64,000 bases of DNA from an uncultured archaeon (GTDB lineage: Archaea > Altiarchaeota > Altiarchaeia > IMC4 > SCGC-AAA252-I15). The DNA is taken from NCBI GenBank assembly GCA_964587725.1, contig CAZPLO010000001.1:96001-160000 (forward strand). Direction: 5' to 3'. How positions within the stretch are numbered: position 1 is the stretch's first letter; the number at the start of each line of letters is the position of its first letter. The position numbers and the translations under genes are program-made. This document shows positions 31,801-40,299 of the stretch, piece by piece. The notes under the pieces were generated by a model. That model was not told where the DNA came from. It worked only from the letters and a program-made list of their open reading frames with translations, and did not search any database.

Positions 31801-31975
31801 CCACGTGGTGCAACGCCGGCGGAGCGTTGGCCGTGGGAGGTCCTTCGAGGAAGGAGAACAGTTCGCTGTCGCGTGGCTTCAGCGTCTCCTCCATCACCTT
31901 GCTGTCGCGCCAGTACGCCAGGATGCGTTCCTCCAGCTCCTTAGGATTATAGTCCCCCACCGATTCCACTGCCAT
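28865..31975 (-). CDS. ileS: Isoleucyl-tRNA synthetase
   Basis: EGPPTAN, GWDCHGLPVE, WTTTPWT, GTGIVH, DQTRGWF, KMSKS. Confidence 0.97.
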   Translation of the reverse strand: MAVESVGDYNPKELEERILAYWRDSKVMEETLKPRDSELFSFLEGPPTANAPPALHHVEMRTFKDVVNRFHYMLGSSVPRKAGWDCHGLPVEVQVEKELDLNSKKDILKYGVDRFVEKCRDSVFSHIKEWDALTERMAYWIDLKDPYVTMDNNYIESVWWSLKQLWEKKLLYEGHRVVPFCPRCGTPLSSHEVSLGYKSVKEDTVIVAFRAKEKDYSFLAWTTTPWTLLSNLALAVGPDITYAVIKYRGEKYVLAKELAETRFPEADIVEEVKGSDLVGLEYHPLFSHFVNKLEKPAWRVIKGDFVSTEEGTGIVHIAPAFGEDDYNVGVENDLPLVNPIDLDGKFTSEIPELDGLFAKDADSKIIGWLDEMGVLIVKHPYEHDYPFCWRCKTPLLYYAMKSWFIRVSEVVPDLIEQNNRIKWYPETIGSGRFGNWLENARDWSLSRNRFWGTPLPIWRCECGGVKAVGSRKELRENAVSEVPEDLDLHRPYVDKVKLKCRCGREMERVEYVIDCWYDSGSATFAQFHYPFENKELFEKTFPHDFISEAMDQTRGWFYTLLVLSTVLFKKPAYKSCVVGGLLLDDKGEKMSKSNQNIIDPWKLFDTVGADAVRLQMCSTAPWNAKRFGVDSLNESVIPMLRTLWNCYSFTVRYMLLDGFDPRDREIDEKDLEAEDQWILSAADSMTESVKRSLAANEYHHTVSALYDFIVEDFSRWYIKLIRDRMWLEDRGGSINPSKKAAYVTLSTVFERLCTALAPLAPFISEEIYLNLLREDAASIHHVPWPMPGKVDEELLANMNVVRRIFEAGSRCRQEAGIKLRHPIEKVTVSGGDRVRSAVESLGDVVVKQLNCKRVEFVDKLPDVRYEASPDYSVIGPVHGKNANRVAELIRSNPLNSKFIKETGKSSKLENFEVTPEMISDIRLLVSEKHAAADFSEGPAHGVVLIETERNQSLLNEALARDLIRHIQELRKENGLGELQRIKVEVSSNPKVEAMLKEFKDTVLNEVRADSIRLVEGLEDGKSFQYDDETVCCTIRF

Positions 31976-32016
31976 CTTTTAAGAGAAAGGATTTCAGAAT
32001 AAAAAGATAAAATGCG

Positions 32017-32607
32017 TCAGTCGTTCAGCGGCCACAGCTCCATGTTCCGCGGGTAAATCCTCGCCGGAATCTCCATCTTCAACTCCGTCGGCAGCCCGTG
32101 AGACGGTATGATGGTGAAGCGGGAGTCCATGTCCTCCACACTTCCTACGAGGTTAGCTCCGGTGAAACGCAGTTCCGCCAGGTCTCCCGCGTGGAGGTAT
32201 CCCCGCTCCCATTCGGAACCCATGCGGACGTATGTTATCGTGTACTCACAGCCGGCTAGGGCGTCGGGGCCGTAGTCAAGGGAGGTGCAGTTAACGACTG
32301 CCGAGTCGCAGAGGAACACGGTGCGGTTGAAGTTTATTGGGTCGTCTCCCCAGTGTAGGCGTACCACGAACGCGAGGCGGTCTATGATGGTGTCCCTGTC
32401 CTCGTCCCATCCCTTGGCCATCTCCACTATTATTGGGTGCTGTATGCTCTCCGTCTTCTCCCGCTGGGTCTGCTCGTCACGCCGCACAAGAGACTGGGTG
32501 GTGGTTATTATCGCCAACGCCGCGACAGACACAGCCAAGAGTATGGCTATCAGCATTATGAGGGCGCCCATGCCGGTCAATCCTCTTTTACCGAGTCTAG
32601 AACCCAT
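32017..32607 (-). CDS. Archaellin/type IV pilin-like protein
   Basis: Class III signal peptide KRG|LTGMGALIMLIAILLAVSVAA; C-terminal GDLAEL...IIPSHGLP archaellin-like. Confidence 0.75.
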   Translation of the reverse strand: MGSRLGKRGLTGMGALIMLIAILLAVSVAALAIITTTQSLVRRDEQTQREKTESIQHPIIVEMAKGWDEDRDTIIDRLAFVVRLHWGDDPINFNRTVFLCDSAVVNCTSLDYGPDALAGCEYTITYVRMGSEWERGYLHAGDLAELRFTGANLVGSVEDMDSRFTIIPSHGLPTELKMEIPARIYPRNMELWPLND

Positions 32608-32675
32608 TGTTAACTATGTTATAAACAGTTTAAAAAGAGTGTTTTTAATCGATGTATTCAATATAAGTGGGTAGG

Positions 32676-33614
32676 ATGGAGCTGCCTTGGACCGAAAAAT
32701 ACCGGCCCGTGAAGTTGGAGGAGATGGTGGGGCAGGATGCAATAGTCGACCGGCTGAAAGCATACGTGGAAGCTGAGAGTATGCCCCATCTGTTGTTCGC
32801 GGGGCCTGCGGGGGTGGGGAAGACCACGGCGGCCATGTGCATAGCCAACGAACTCTTCGGCGACATCACCCACGACTTCCTCGAACTCAACGCATCTGAT
32901 GAGCGCGGCATAGACGTGGTGAGGAGCAAGATAAAGGATTTCGCCCGCACCAAACCGTTGAACGGCGACTTTAAGATAATATTCTTGGATGAATCAGACT
33001 CCCTCACCAACGACGCCCAGAACGCGTTGAGGAGGACTATGGAGAAGTACACCGGCAGCTGCAGGTTCATCTTATCGTGCAACTACTCCAGCAAAATCAT
33101 AGAGCCCATACAGAGCAGATGCGCTGTATTCAGGTTCACCCGGCTGCCGAAGGATGCGGTGAAAGAGTACTTGGAGAAGATACTCCGGGAGGAGGGGGTG
33201 AAATACGACGCGGCCGGTTTGGACGCTATACTCTACGTTAGCGAAGGCGACATGAGGAAGGCCATCAACGTACTGCAGAGTGCAGCCGCCCTGGGGGAGG
33301 CATATGAGGAGAACGTGTACTCGATAACCACCAGGGCGCGGCCGGAGGACATCCGCGACCTCCTGAATCTGGCGCTGTCCGGCAAGTTCATCGACGCAAG
33401 GAACCTGCTTGACAGGCTCATGCTCACGGTGGGGTTGAGTGGGGAGGACATTCTGTTGCAGATGAACAGGGAGGCGATGAACCTTGACGCGGACGACAAG
33501 GTGAAGGTGAGGATAATAGACTACGTGGGCGAGGCGAACTTTACTTTGGTTGAGGGAGCCAACGAACGCATACAGTTGGAGGCGCTGCTCGCCCGACTAG
33601 CCCTACTCAAGTAA
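32676..33614 (+). CDS. rfcS: Replication factor C small subunit
   Basis: PWTEKYRP, GPAGVGKT, ELNASDERG, DESD, QSRC; no intein. Confidence 0.97.
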   Translation: MELPWTEKYRPVKLEEMVGQDAIVDRLKAYVEAESMPHLLFAGPAGVGKTTAAMCIANELFGDITHDFLELNASDERGIDVVRSKIKDFARTKPLNGDFKIIFLDESDSLTNDAQNALRRTMEKYTGSCRFILSCNYSSKIIEPIQSRCAVFRFTRLPKDAVKEYLEKILREEGVKYDAAGLDAILYVSEGDMRKAINVLQSAAALGEAYEENVYSITTRARPEDIRDLLNLALSGKFIDARNLLDRLMLTVGLSGEDILLQMNREAMNLDADDKVKVRIIDYVGEANFTLVEGANERIQLEALLARLALLK

Positions 33615-33618
33615 AGCT

Positions 33619-34887
33619 ATGACGCGGTTGTTCGGCACTTCAGGGATACGGCGGAGGGTGGATGAGCTGTCAGACGAGTTCGCGGTCAAGCTCGGCCGCG
33701 CATTCGGCTCCTGCTTCGACCCCGACATAGCGGTGGGCCGTGATACGCGAAAGAGCGGCCCCCGGCTGGAGAGCGCATTCAACGCCGGGCTGCTTTCAAC
33801 CGGCACCGACGTCACGGAACTTGGGGTCGTTCCAACCCCGACCGTCGGCGTCGCAACCGCTGAAATAGGTTTGGGGGCGGTGGTCACCGCATCCCATAAC
33901 CCCCCGGAATACAACGGGTTCAAGTTCTTCGACGAACAGGGGGCGTTCAGACCAGACGAGGAGGACAGGGTCCAGGAGAAAATGGAGTCCGGGTCTTTCC
34001 GTGACGGAGCCGGCTCACTCACCGACGCAGACTACGTAAGCAGACACATACAGCTGATAGTGGATGCCATAGGTGAAGCGGAGGGTGTGAAAGTCTTTCT
34101 GGACTGCGCCGGCGGAGCAGGCAGCGTCGTAACCCCGCTGCTGTTGCGCGAACTGGGGTGTGAAGTCGATGTGGTGAACGACAACCTCGACGGCGTATTC
34201 CCCCACCCCCTGGAGCCGACAGCCGAAAATTTGTCTGACACACTTAAGCAGGCCGCCAAATCAGGTTGTGACGTGGCGTTCGCCCACGACGGCGACGCAG
34301 ACCGCACCTGCGCCATAGACGACAAGGGGGGGATGATAGAGTGGGACACGTTCCTCACCGCGTTAGCTTCCCAGTCCAAGAAGGTGGTGACGACTGTGGA
34401 CGCGTCCATGAGGGTGGAGGAGTACTGCAGGAAAGTCTACCGGGTTCCCGTAGGCGACGTGGCGGTCGCAGAAGGCATACGCAGACACAACGCCGGGTTC
34501 GGAGGCGAACCCAGCGGAACGTATATTTTCCCGGACGTGCACATGTACCCCGACGGAGTCGCAACCGTCGCCAAAACAGTGAAGATGGTGGCAGACGGCT
34601 TATTCTACGACCTAGTGAAAGAAATTCCGTCGTATCCAATGGAGCGTGTGAAGATGCCGTGCAAGGCCCATGAGAAGGGAAAAATCATGGATAATTTGAT
34701 AAAAAACCTCAAGGGTTTGGATTTCACGGACGTCGACGGAGTCCGCCTGGAAGAAGACTACGGATGGGTTCTGATTCGGCCGTCAGGCACGGAAGACTAC
34801 ATCCGCGTGACCGCGGAAGCTAAGACGCGGGAGAAACTAGACGAACTCGTCAAAAAAGGGAAACATTGGGTCAACGGCGCATGTTAG
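33619..34887 (+). CDS. Phosphohexomutase (GlmM/PMM-PGM family)
   Basis: FGTSGIR, TASHNP, DGDADR, GEPSG, RPSGTE. Confidence 0.92.
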   Translation: MTRLFGTSGIRRRVDELSDEFAVKLGRAFGSCFDPDIAVGRDTRKSGPRLESAFNAGLLSTGTDVTELGVVPTPTVGVATAEIGLGAVVTASHNPPEYNGFKFFDEQGAFRPDEEDRVQEKMESGSFRDGAGSLTDADYVSRHIQLIVDAIGEAEGVKVFLDCAGGAGSVVTPLLLRELGCEVDVVNDNLDGVFPHPLEPTAENLSDTLKQAAKSGCDVAFAHDGDADRTCAIDDKGGMIEWDTFLTALASQSKKVVTTVDASMRVEEYCRKVYRVPVGDVAVAEGIRRHNAGFGGEPSGTYIFPDVHMYPDGVATVAKTVKMVADGLFYDLVKEIPSYPMERVKMPCKAHEKGKIMDNLIKNLKGLDFTDVDGVRLEEDYGWVLIRPSGTEDYIRVTAEAKTREKLDELVKKGKHWVNGAC

Positions 34888-35303
34888 GTGTCGCAGATTA
34901 CTTCTATAACCCATCCCCCACCTCTTTCCTCCGCAACCAGTTCATGGTATGTCACGGCCTTCACCTCCTTCACCATCTCGTGTCGTTTGGGGTCGTATTT
35001 CTCGCCCCTCACCTTGGCGTGGAGGCGGTATCCCATAGCCTCCTTCACTTCGAGGTCGAATTCAGTGAACAACAGATTTTCTGTGGCGAACAAGTACACC
35101 AGCTCCTGCAGGAAGTCCCTGGCCAGAATCTGCGGCTTATGGATGGTTATGGTGAACTCTCGTTCCACCTTCGGCTCTATGACGCTGTCGCCGGCCATCG
35201 CCTCCGTCAACGCACGGGCGGCCTCAGCCAACACCCCCTCCAACGTGGAGGCGGAGGCCCGGAACTTCAGATCGGCTGTGTGCTCCAGGAACTCGTAAGC
35301 CAT
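34884..35303 (-). CDS. Archease
   Basis: YEFLEHTAD...EVKAVTYH...VICD. Confidence 0.93.
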   Translation of the reverse strand: MAYEFLEHTADLKFRASASTLEGVLAEAARALTEAMAGDSVIEPKVEREFTITIHKPQILARDFLQELVYLFATENLLFTEFDLEVKEAMGYRLHAKVRGEKYDPKRHEMVKEVKAVTYHELVAEERGGGWVIEVICDT

Positions 35304-35304
35304 C

Positions 35305-35493
35305 TTAAATGTCCTTGTCGATGACATCCAGTATCTGCGTCTTGACCGTTGTCTTGCCACCTGTGGACTCCGCCAGCGGCTTCTCGCACACCAGGCACTT
35401 CAGCTTTTTGGTTGCGGCTGCGCCGAATATTACCTGCTCGTTGCCGCAGTCGTTGCACCTCACCTTAAGAAACCTGCTTTTAGTGCCAGACAT
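35305..35493 (-). CDS. rps27e: 30S ribosomal protein S27e
   Basis: [18 protein letters not shown]...CLVC...TGGK. Confidence 0.94.
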   Translation of the reverse strand: MSGTKSRFLKVRCNDCGNEQVIFGAAATKKLKCLVCEKPLAESTGGKTTVKTQILDVIDKDI

Positions 35494-35774
35494 CACCCAA
35501 CCTCCGGAGTCTTCTTCGTCCGCGCCGAATACAGCTTCTGATGTTTCTTCTTGCAGTCGTTGCACTGCAGCACCAGCAGAACCCTCTTGCCCACCTTGTA
35601 GTTGGGTTTCTTCGGAGTCCGCGGGCTCCCGCCGTATCCTTTCTTCACTTCCTCGTACTTTCGGCGGCCGCGGTTCATGCTCCGCTCCTTACCCTTCCTG
35701 TTCAACCTCACCATATGCACGGTGTGTTTGTTGCAGCTGGGGCAGTGGGTTCTGATTTTATCCGGGATTTTCAC
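35493..35774 (-). CDS. rpl44e: 50S ribosomal protein L44e
   Basis: [21 protein letters not shown]; GTG start. Confidence 0.93.
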   Translation of the reverse strand: MKIPDKIRTHCPSCNKHTVHMVRLNRKGKERSMNRGRRKYEEVKKGYGGSPRTPKKPNYKVGKRVLLVLQCNDCKKKHQKLYSARTKKTPEVG

Positions 35775-35813
35775 GGTAGCAATATAATATGATGTCATGC
35801 TTTAAAAGCGGTT

Positions 35814-36305
35814 TCAGGCTTTTTCAGCCGCATCCCTCTGAATAAGGAGGTTTGCACTGTCCTCCGGCAGCTCCACCACGTCGTCGACGCGGAAAGGCCC
35901 GTACTCCTTCGAATTGGATGCGACGATGGCGGGCAGCGCCTGCTTCATGCGCACCTTCAACGTCGGCTTAGACACGTCCTCCACCTCAACCACCTTGTCC
36001 AGGACGCTTTTACGATTTTCGGAGACTGCAGCGAGAACGCTCCTATACAACTCCATCTCCTCAGGCAACGCGTTCTCAGGCGGCTTAGTGGAGGAACCGG
36101 CGCGGCCGGCGTAGTGGATTACCTTGTTAGCGCGGAGATAATATAGTTTCTCCAGGTACTCTTTCACCGTGTCCTCGTATTCGCCTACTTCGGGGCTGGC
36201 TGCTAGCTTCCTCGCGTCCGCATAAAAGTCTTTCGGCAGCTTCTGGAGTACGGGGCTGGCGCGCTCCATACGGTAGGCCTTCTCCAGGTCGGCGTAGGAC
36301 ATCAT
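35814..36305 (-). CDS. DNA replication GINS-family protein (Gins51-like)
   Basis: ER.S..LQKLP.DFY, R.NKV, YGPF...DVVELP; typical location upstream of rpl44e. Confidence 0.82.
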   Translation of the reverse strand: MMSYADLEKAYRMERASPVLQKLPKDFYADARKLAASPEVGEYEDTVKEYLEKLYYLRANKVIHYAGRAGSSTKPPENALPEEMELYRSVLAAVSENRKSVLDKVVEVEDVSKPTLKVRMKQALPAIVASNSKEYGPFRVDDVVELPEDSANLLIQRDAAEKA

Positions 36306-36307
36306 CT

Positions 36308-37702
36308 TCACAAATAGCTGGAACCCATCTTCCCGTATTCGGGGTTGATTATCTGGTCTTTCTCGATGCCCTTCCACACGCTCCCGTAGCGTTCCTGCAG
36401 CTGATACTCTATGGGCTTGGACTCGTCTATCGCCGCCTGTATGTGCTCCACCTCGATGAGTTCGGAGCCCTCGTCCTTCGCCAGGTCGCCTGCCAGGCGG
36501 ATGACGCCACCCAAGTCCCTTAACCTGAGCGTCAGCGAGTTCCGTTTGTCGTCTATCACCTTGGCCCGCTTCGCAGCCTCCTCTATCACCGCCTCGACTG
36601 CGTCGCGGGTGGCGTGCGGTATCTTCCCGTCCTTCACAACCTCCTGCGCAACGAACTGCGCCATGTAAGCGCGGTTGACTTCGTTGTCGTCCATGGCCGT
36701 CTCCAACAGTATCTCGTATCCGTTCCCCAGAATCCTAGAGCGCAACGGCGGCAAGATGTCCTGGACATCCTTTATGTTGCAGGCGCCCACGAACAAAAAA
36801 TCGCATGGGACGTCCTCCACCTTGATGGATGCGCCGCCGGACTGAGGGTTCCTGCCCGTCACCGGAAACCGCTTCTCCTGCATCGCCGTGAGAATATAAT
36901 TCTGGAGGTCGGAGAGGTGCGGCAGCTCGTCTATGAACAACACACCCTCATGGGCTTCGTGTATCGCGCCGGGTATGACACGCAGGTACGCAGGCGTCCC
37001 GATTTCAGGGTGCATTCCGTACGGGTCGTGCCGGACATCCCCCAACAACTCAACCTCGCTGGCTCCGGTGGCGTGGACGAAGTTTTTCCTGCTCAACGGC
37101 ACAAGCGTATGCCGCTTCACCTTGCCTTTGACGGCCGACGACGGATCCTGTCCAGTGACCTTTATGTTGGAGCCCTTTCGCCTATAGGTTACGGTGTGTT
37201 CGGTGCCATCCGCTCCATAATATGAGGCGTTGATTTCATCCCGCTTGGTGATGCGCTCGAATTTGTCTGCCCCGCATCTCCCACATTTCCGGGAACCCCT
37301 TTTGTCGACTGCCCCGCAGACCGGGCACTTGAAGCCCAGCTGCTCCGCCACGTACGCTGGAACGTCTTCGGGGCCTAATGTCTCAACACTGCTCTGGCGT
37401 TTCACCACCTCCACGTACGGCTTCTGCGGGTTCTGGGGGTTGTGGACTACGTTCACCTGCTCCGTGGGCTTCGACAAATGGTTGGCGAGCGCCTGCGCCA
37501 GCATGCTCTTCCCCACCCCCGGCGGCCCCACCAGCAGTAGGTGGCGGCGCTGCTTGATTGCCAGATGGACTTTTCTGACCGCGTTAGGCTGCCCTATAAC
37601 CTGGTCCAGAATGTCCTTGGGTATGGGTATGTCCTTGGTTATTTCGACGTCCTTAAGCGGCTTCGGGCCTTCAGATTTTTTCCCCTTCTTCTTCGCCATC
37701 AA
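36308..37702 (-). CDS. LonB-like AAA+ ATPase lacking the protease domain
   Basis: DQVIGQ, GPPGVGKS, LLGDVRHDP, GAIHEAHEGVLFIDE, LRLRDLGG; no Ser-Lys domain. Confidence 0.88.
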   Translation of the reverse strand: MMAKKKGKKSEGPKPLKDVEITKDIPIPKDILDQVIGQPNAVRKVHLAIKQRRHLLLVGPPGVGKSMLAQALANHLSKPTEQVNVVHNPQNPQKPYVEVVKRQSSVETLGPEDVPAYVAEQLGFKCPVCGAVDKRGSRKCGRCGADKFERITKRDEINASYYGADGTEHTVTYRRKGSNIKVTGQDPSSAVKGKVKRHTLVPLSRKNFVHATGASEVELLGDVRHDPYGMHPEIGTPAYLRVIPGAIHEAHEGVLFIDELPHLSDLQNYILTAMQEKRFPVTGRNPQSGGASIKVEDVPCDFLFVGACNIKDVQDILPPLRSRILGNGYEILLETAMDDNEVNRAYMAQFVAQEVVKDGKIPHATRDAVEAVIEEAAKRAKVIDDKRNSLTLRLRDLGGVIRLAGDLAKDEGSELIEVEHIQAAIDESKPIEYQLQERYGSVWKGIEKDQIINPEYGKMGSSYL

Positions 37703-37725
37703 TTACATAATAGGTGTGCGCTGCG

Positions 37726-38262
37726 TTATATACTGGATAGCAGGATACCCACTGCCTCCAGAAGGTCGGCGGCCCTGTAGTCCGGTTCCACGTCGTATAA
37801 TCCGTCGCCGCCACCGTATCCCGTGGAAACCAGTACGGTCTTGCAGCCGGCGGCGGAGCCGGTGAGAATGTCTTTGGTGTTGTCCCCTATCATCCACGAC
37901 TCCTTGAGGTTTAGGCCGTATGTTTCGGCGGCGAGATCCAGCATCCCCGTCTCCGGCTTTCGGCAGCCGCAGCCGTCGCTGGGGCGGTGGGTGCACACGT
38001 AAACGGCATCCAGTCTCCCGCCTGCGACCTCTACTTCGGCGAGCATGCGTTCGTTGATTTCCTCCAGGGCCCCAGCATCCAATACGCCGCGGCCGACGCC
38101 GCTCTGGTTTGTTACAACGATAATCCTGTAGTCGGATTCGGCGAGCTTCCTGAACGCCTCCAACACGTTGGGTAGGAAACGGAACGTGCTCCACGACTTC
38201 ACGTATCCGCCGGTGTGGTCGTTGATGGTTCCGTCGCGGTCTATGAACACGGCCCGGTTCAT
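37726..38262 (-). CDS. gmhB: D,D-heptose 1,7-bisphosphate phosphatase (HAD IIIA)
   Basis: FIDRDGT, VTNQSG, CTH...CGCRKP, IGD; overlaps the gmhA stop. Confidence 0.88.
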   Translation of the reverse strand: MNRAVFIDRDGTINDHTGGYVKSWSTFRFLPNVLEAFRKLAESDYRIIVVTNQSGVGRGVLDAGALEEINERMLAEVEVAGGRLDAVYVCTHRPSDGCGCRKPETGMLDLAAETYGLNLKESWMIGDNTKDILTGSAAGCKTVLVSTGYGGGDGLYDVEPDYRAADLLEAVGILLSSI

Positions 38263-38822
38263 TCTCCAAACAGTTCTTCCTCCACCAGCCCGCAGACCAC
38301 GTGGGCCGCAGTTATGTGGCCCTCCTGTATGCGGGGCGTGTCTTCGGAGTCGACCATAATACATACGTCAGACAAGCCGGCCAGCTTCTTGCCCTTAGAG
38401 CCTGTGAAGCCTATGACCATCATGCCCTTCTTCTTGGCGGACTCCACCGCCTTCAGCACGTTAGGTGATGTGCCGCTGGTGGAGAACGCCAGCAGCACGT
38501 CTCCTTCCACACCCAACGCCTCCACCTGACGCGAGAATATTACGCCGCCACCGTAGTCGTTGGCCAACGCGGTCAGTATGGACGTGTCGGTCGTCAACGC
38601 TACCGCATGGAGGGCGTTGCGCTCCATCTTGTAGCGGCCGACGAACTCCGCCGCGATATGCTGGCAGTCCGCCGCGCTGCCTCCGTTCCCACACAACAAA
38701 ACCTTCCCGCCGGAACGGAACGTTTCCACGATGAGTTCGGCGGCGGCCACGATGTCGTCGGCCGACAACTTTTCCAGCGCCTCAACACTGTCTGCCACGA
38801 GTTTCACCGCTTTTTCCTTCAT
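38259..38822 (-). CDS. gmhA: Phosphoheptose isomerase
   Basis: CGNGGSAADCQH, ANDY, FSRQ, STSG, RIQEGH. Confidence 0.94.
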   Translation of the reverse strand: MKEKAVKLVADSVEALEKLSADDIVAAAELIVETFRSGGKVLLCGNGGSAADCQHIAAEFVGRYKMERNALHAVALTTDTSILTALANDYGGGVIFSRQVEALGVEGDVLLAFSTSGTSPNVLKAVESAKKKGMMVIGFTGSKGKKLAGLSDVCIMVDSEDTPRIQEGHITAAHVVCGLVEEELFGE

Positions 38823-38871
38823 CGAGTCCACGGAGGTTATATTGGATACTTTTTATTAAATAACCCATAAA

Positions 38872-39549
38872 ATGCAGGCCTCGGTTGTGGTGCCCACATA
38901 CAATGAACGAGAAAATCTGAAAACGCTGGTGGAGAGAATATTCTCCGCAGCCGACGTAGAAGTCGTGGTGGTGGACGACGGAAGTCCCGACGGCACCGGC
39001 GAGTTAGCCGACCGGCTGGCTGAAGCATACAACATGAATGTCTTGCATCGGACCGGCAAACTGGGGCTGGCGTCCGCCATGCTCGCTGGACTGGAAGCGT
39101 CATCCAATGAGGTTGTCGGGTTCATCGACGCGGACTTGAGCCATCCGCCGGAGCTTATGCCAAAGCTCCTGAAGGAAGTGGATGACGGGGCCGACGTCGT
39201 GTTCGCCAGCAGGTACGCGGGGGCAGGCGGCGTCGAACACTGGCCGTGGCACCGGCGCATGATATCATGGGGCGCTACGATGCTGGCGCGGCCGCTGGCT
39301 CCCGTGAAAGACCCTATGTCCGGCTACTTCTTCATCAAAAAGAACGTGGTGGGGGGCGTGGAACTCGACCCCATAGGGTACAAGCTGGGGTTGGAGATAC
39401 TGGTGAAGGGACACTACAGTAAAGTGGTGGAGGTGCCGTTCATGTTCCGGGATCGCGCAGCCGGAAAAACAAAACTCAACCTCTCGGAGCACTTCAACTA
39501 TTTGAAGCATCTGATGCGCTTGTACGCTTACAGGGTGGGGTTGAAATGA
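38872..39549 (+). CDS. GT2 polyprenol-phosphate glycosyltransferase (DPM1-like)
   Basis: VPTYNE, VDDGSPDGT, DADLSH, DPMSG. Confidence 0.9.
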   Translation: MQASVVVPTYNERENLKTLVERIFSAADVEVVVVDDGSPDGTGELADRLAEAYNMNVLHRTGKLGLASAMLAGLEASSNEVVGFIDADLSHPPELMPKLLKEVDDGADVVFASRYAGAGGVEHWPWHRRMISWGATMLARPLAPVKDPMSGYFFIKKNVVGGVELDPIGYKLGLEILVKGHYSKVVEVPFMFRDRAAGKTKLNLSEHFNYLKHLMRLYAYRVGLK

Positions 39550-39917
39550 AGACTGCGAAGTGGGCTATGGGGTTGGTGCTGTTGAGCACGTTGTCGGCGG
39601 CTTCTGGGCAGATACTCATCAAGACCGGCGTGAACACGTTGCAGGTGGATTTGCCGTCGCTTCTCACCAACTACCCCCTCATCGGCGGATACCTGCTGTA
39701 TGCGTTGAGCGCCGCCATGCTGGTTGCGGCGCTGAAATACGGGGAACTGTCCGTGCTTTATCCCATATACGCGATGAACTACATCTGGGTGTCATTGGCG
39801 TCTCCTGTTTTCTTCCCGTCAGACAGCATGAACCTGGTTAAGTGGGTGGGGGTGGCGGCGATTGTCGCCGGGGTTGCGGTGATAGGCTTCGGAAGCAAAG
39901 GGGGTGAACATGGCTGA
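39546..39917 (+). CDS. SMR/EamA-half membrane protein (ArnE/ArnF-like flippase subunit)
   Basis: Four TM segments; GQILIK, GELSVLYP. Confidence 0.75.
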   Translation: MKTAKWAMGLVLLSTLSAASGQILIKTGVNTLQVDLPSLLTNYPLIGGYLLYALSAAMLVAALKYGELSVLYPIYAMNYIWVSLASPVFFPSDSMNLVKWVGVAAIVAGVAVIGFGSKGGEHG

Positions 39918-40257
39918 ACTGTGGTCTGGTCTGCTGGTATTGCTCGCCGCGTTGATAGGCGCGTTCGGGTCAATGTACTTCAAAAAAGGCGCCGACAGAC
40001 TAGAACTAACCGTTCAGGGACTGCTGCGTAACAGCGACCTCATCAAAGGCGTCATAGTGTATGGGACGTCCACGGTGTTCTACGTCATCGGACTTCGAGG
40101 CGGGGAGCTGTCGGTGCTGTTCCCGCTGGTGTCCACAGGCTACGTGTGGGTTAGCCTGTTGTCCGTGAAGTACCTGGGGGAGCGGATGAACGCGATGAAG
40201 TGGGCGGGCATAGGGTTCATCATAGTGGGGGTCACGTTGATAGGTCTCGGCAGCTGA
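39910..40257 (+). CDS. SMR/EamA-half membrane protein (ArnE/ArnF-like flippase subunit)
   Basis: Four TM segments; GELSVLFP, LGE; paralogue of the preceding ORF. Confidence 0.75.
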   Translation: MAELWSGLLVLLAALIGAFGSMYFKKGADRLELTVQGLLRNSDLIKGVIVYGTSTVFYVIGLRGGELSVLFPLVSTGYVWVSLLSVKYLGERMNAMKWAGIGFIIVGVTLIGLGS

Positions 40258-40299
40258 ACGTCTTTTTAGCGGATAGTTTCAGTATATTTGACGACGACC

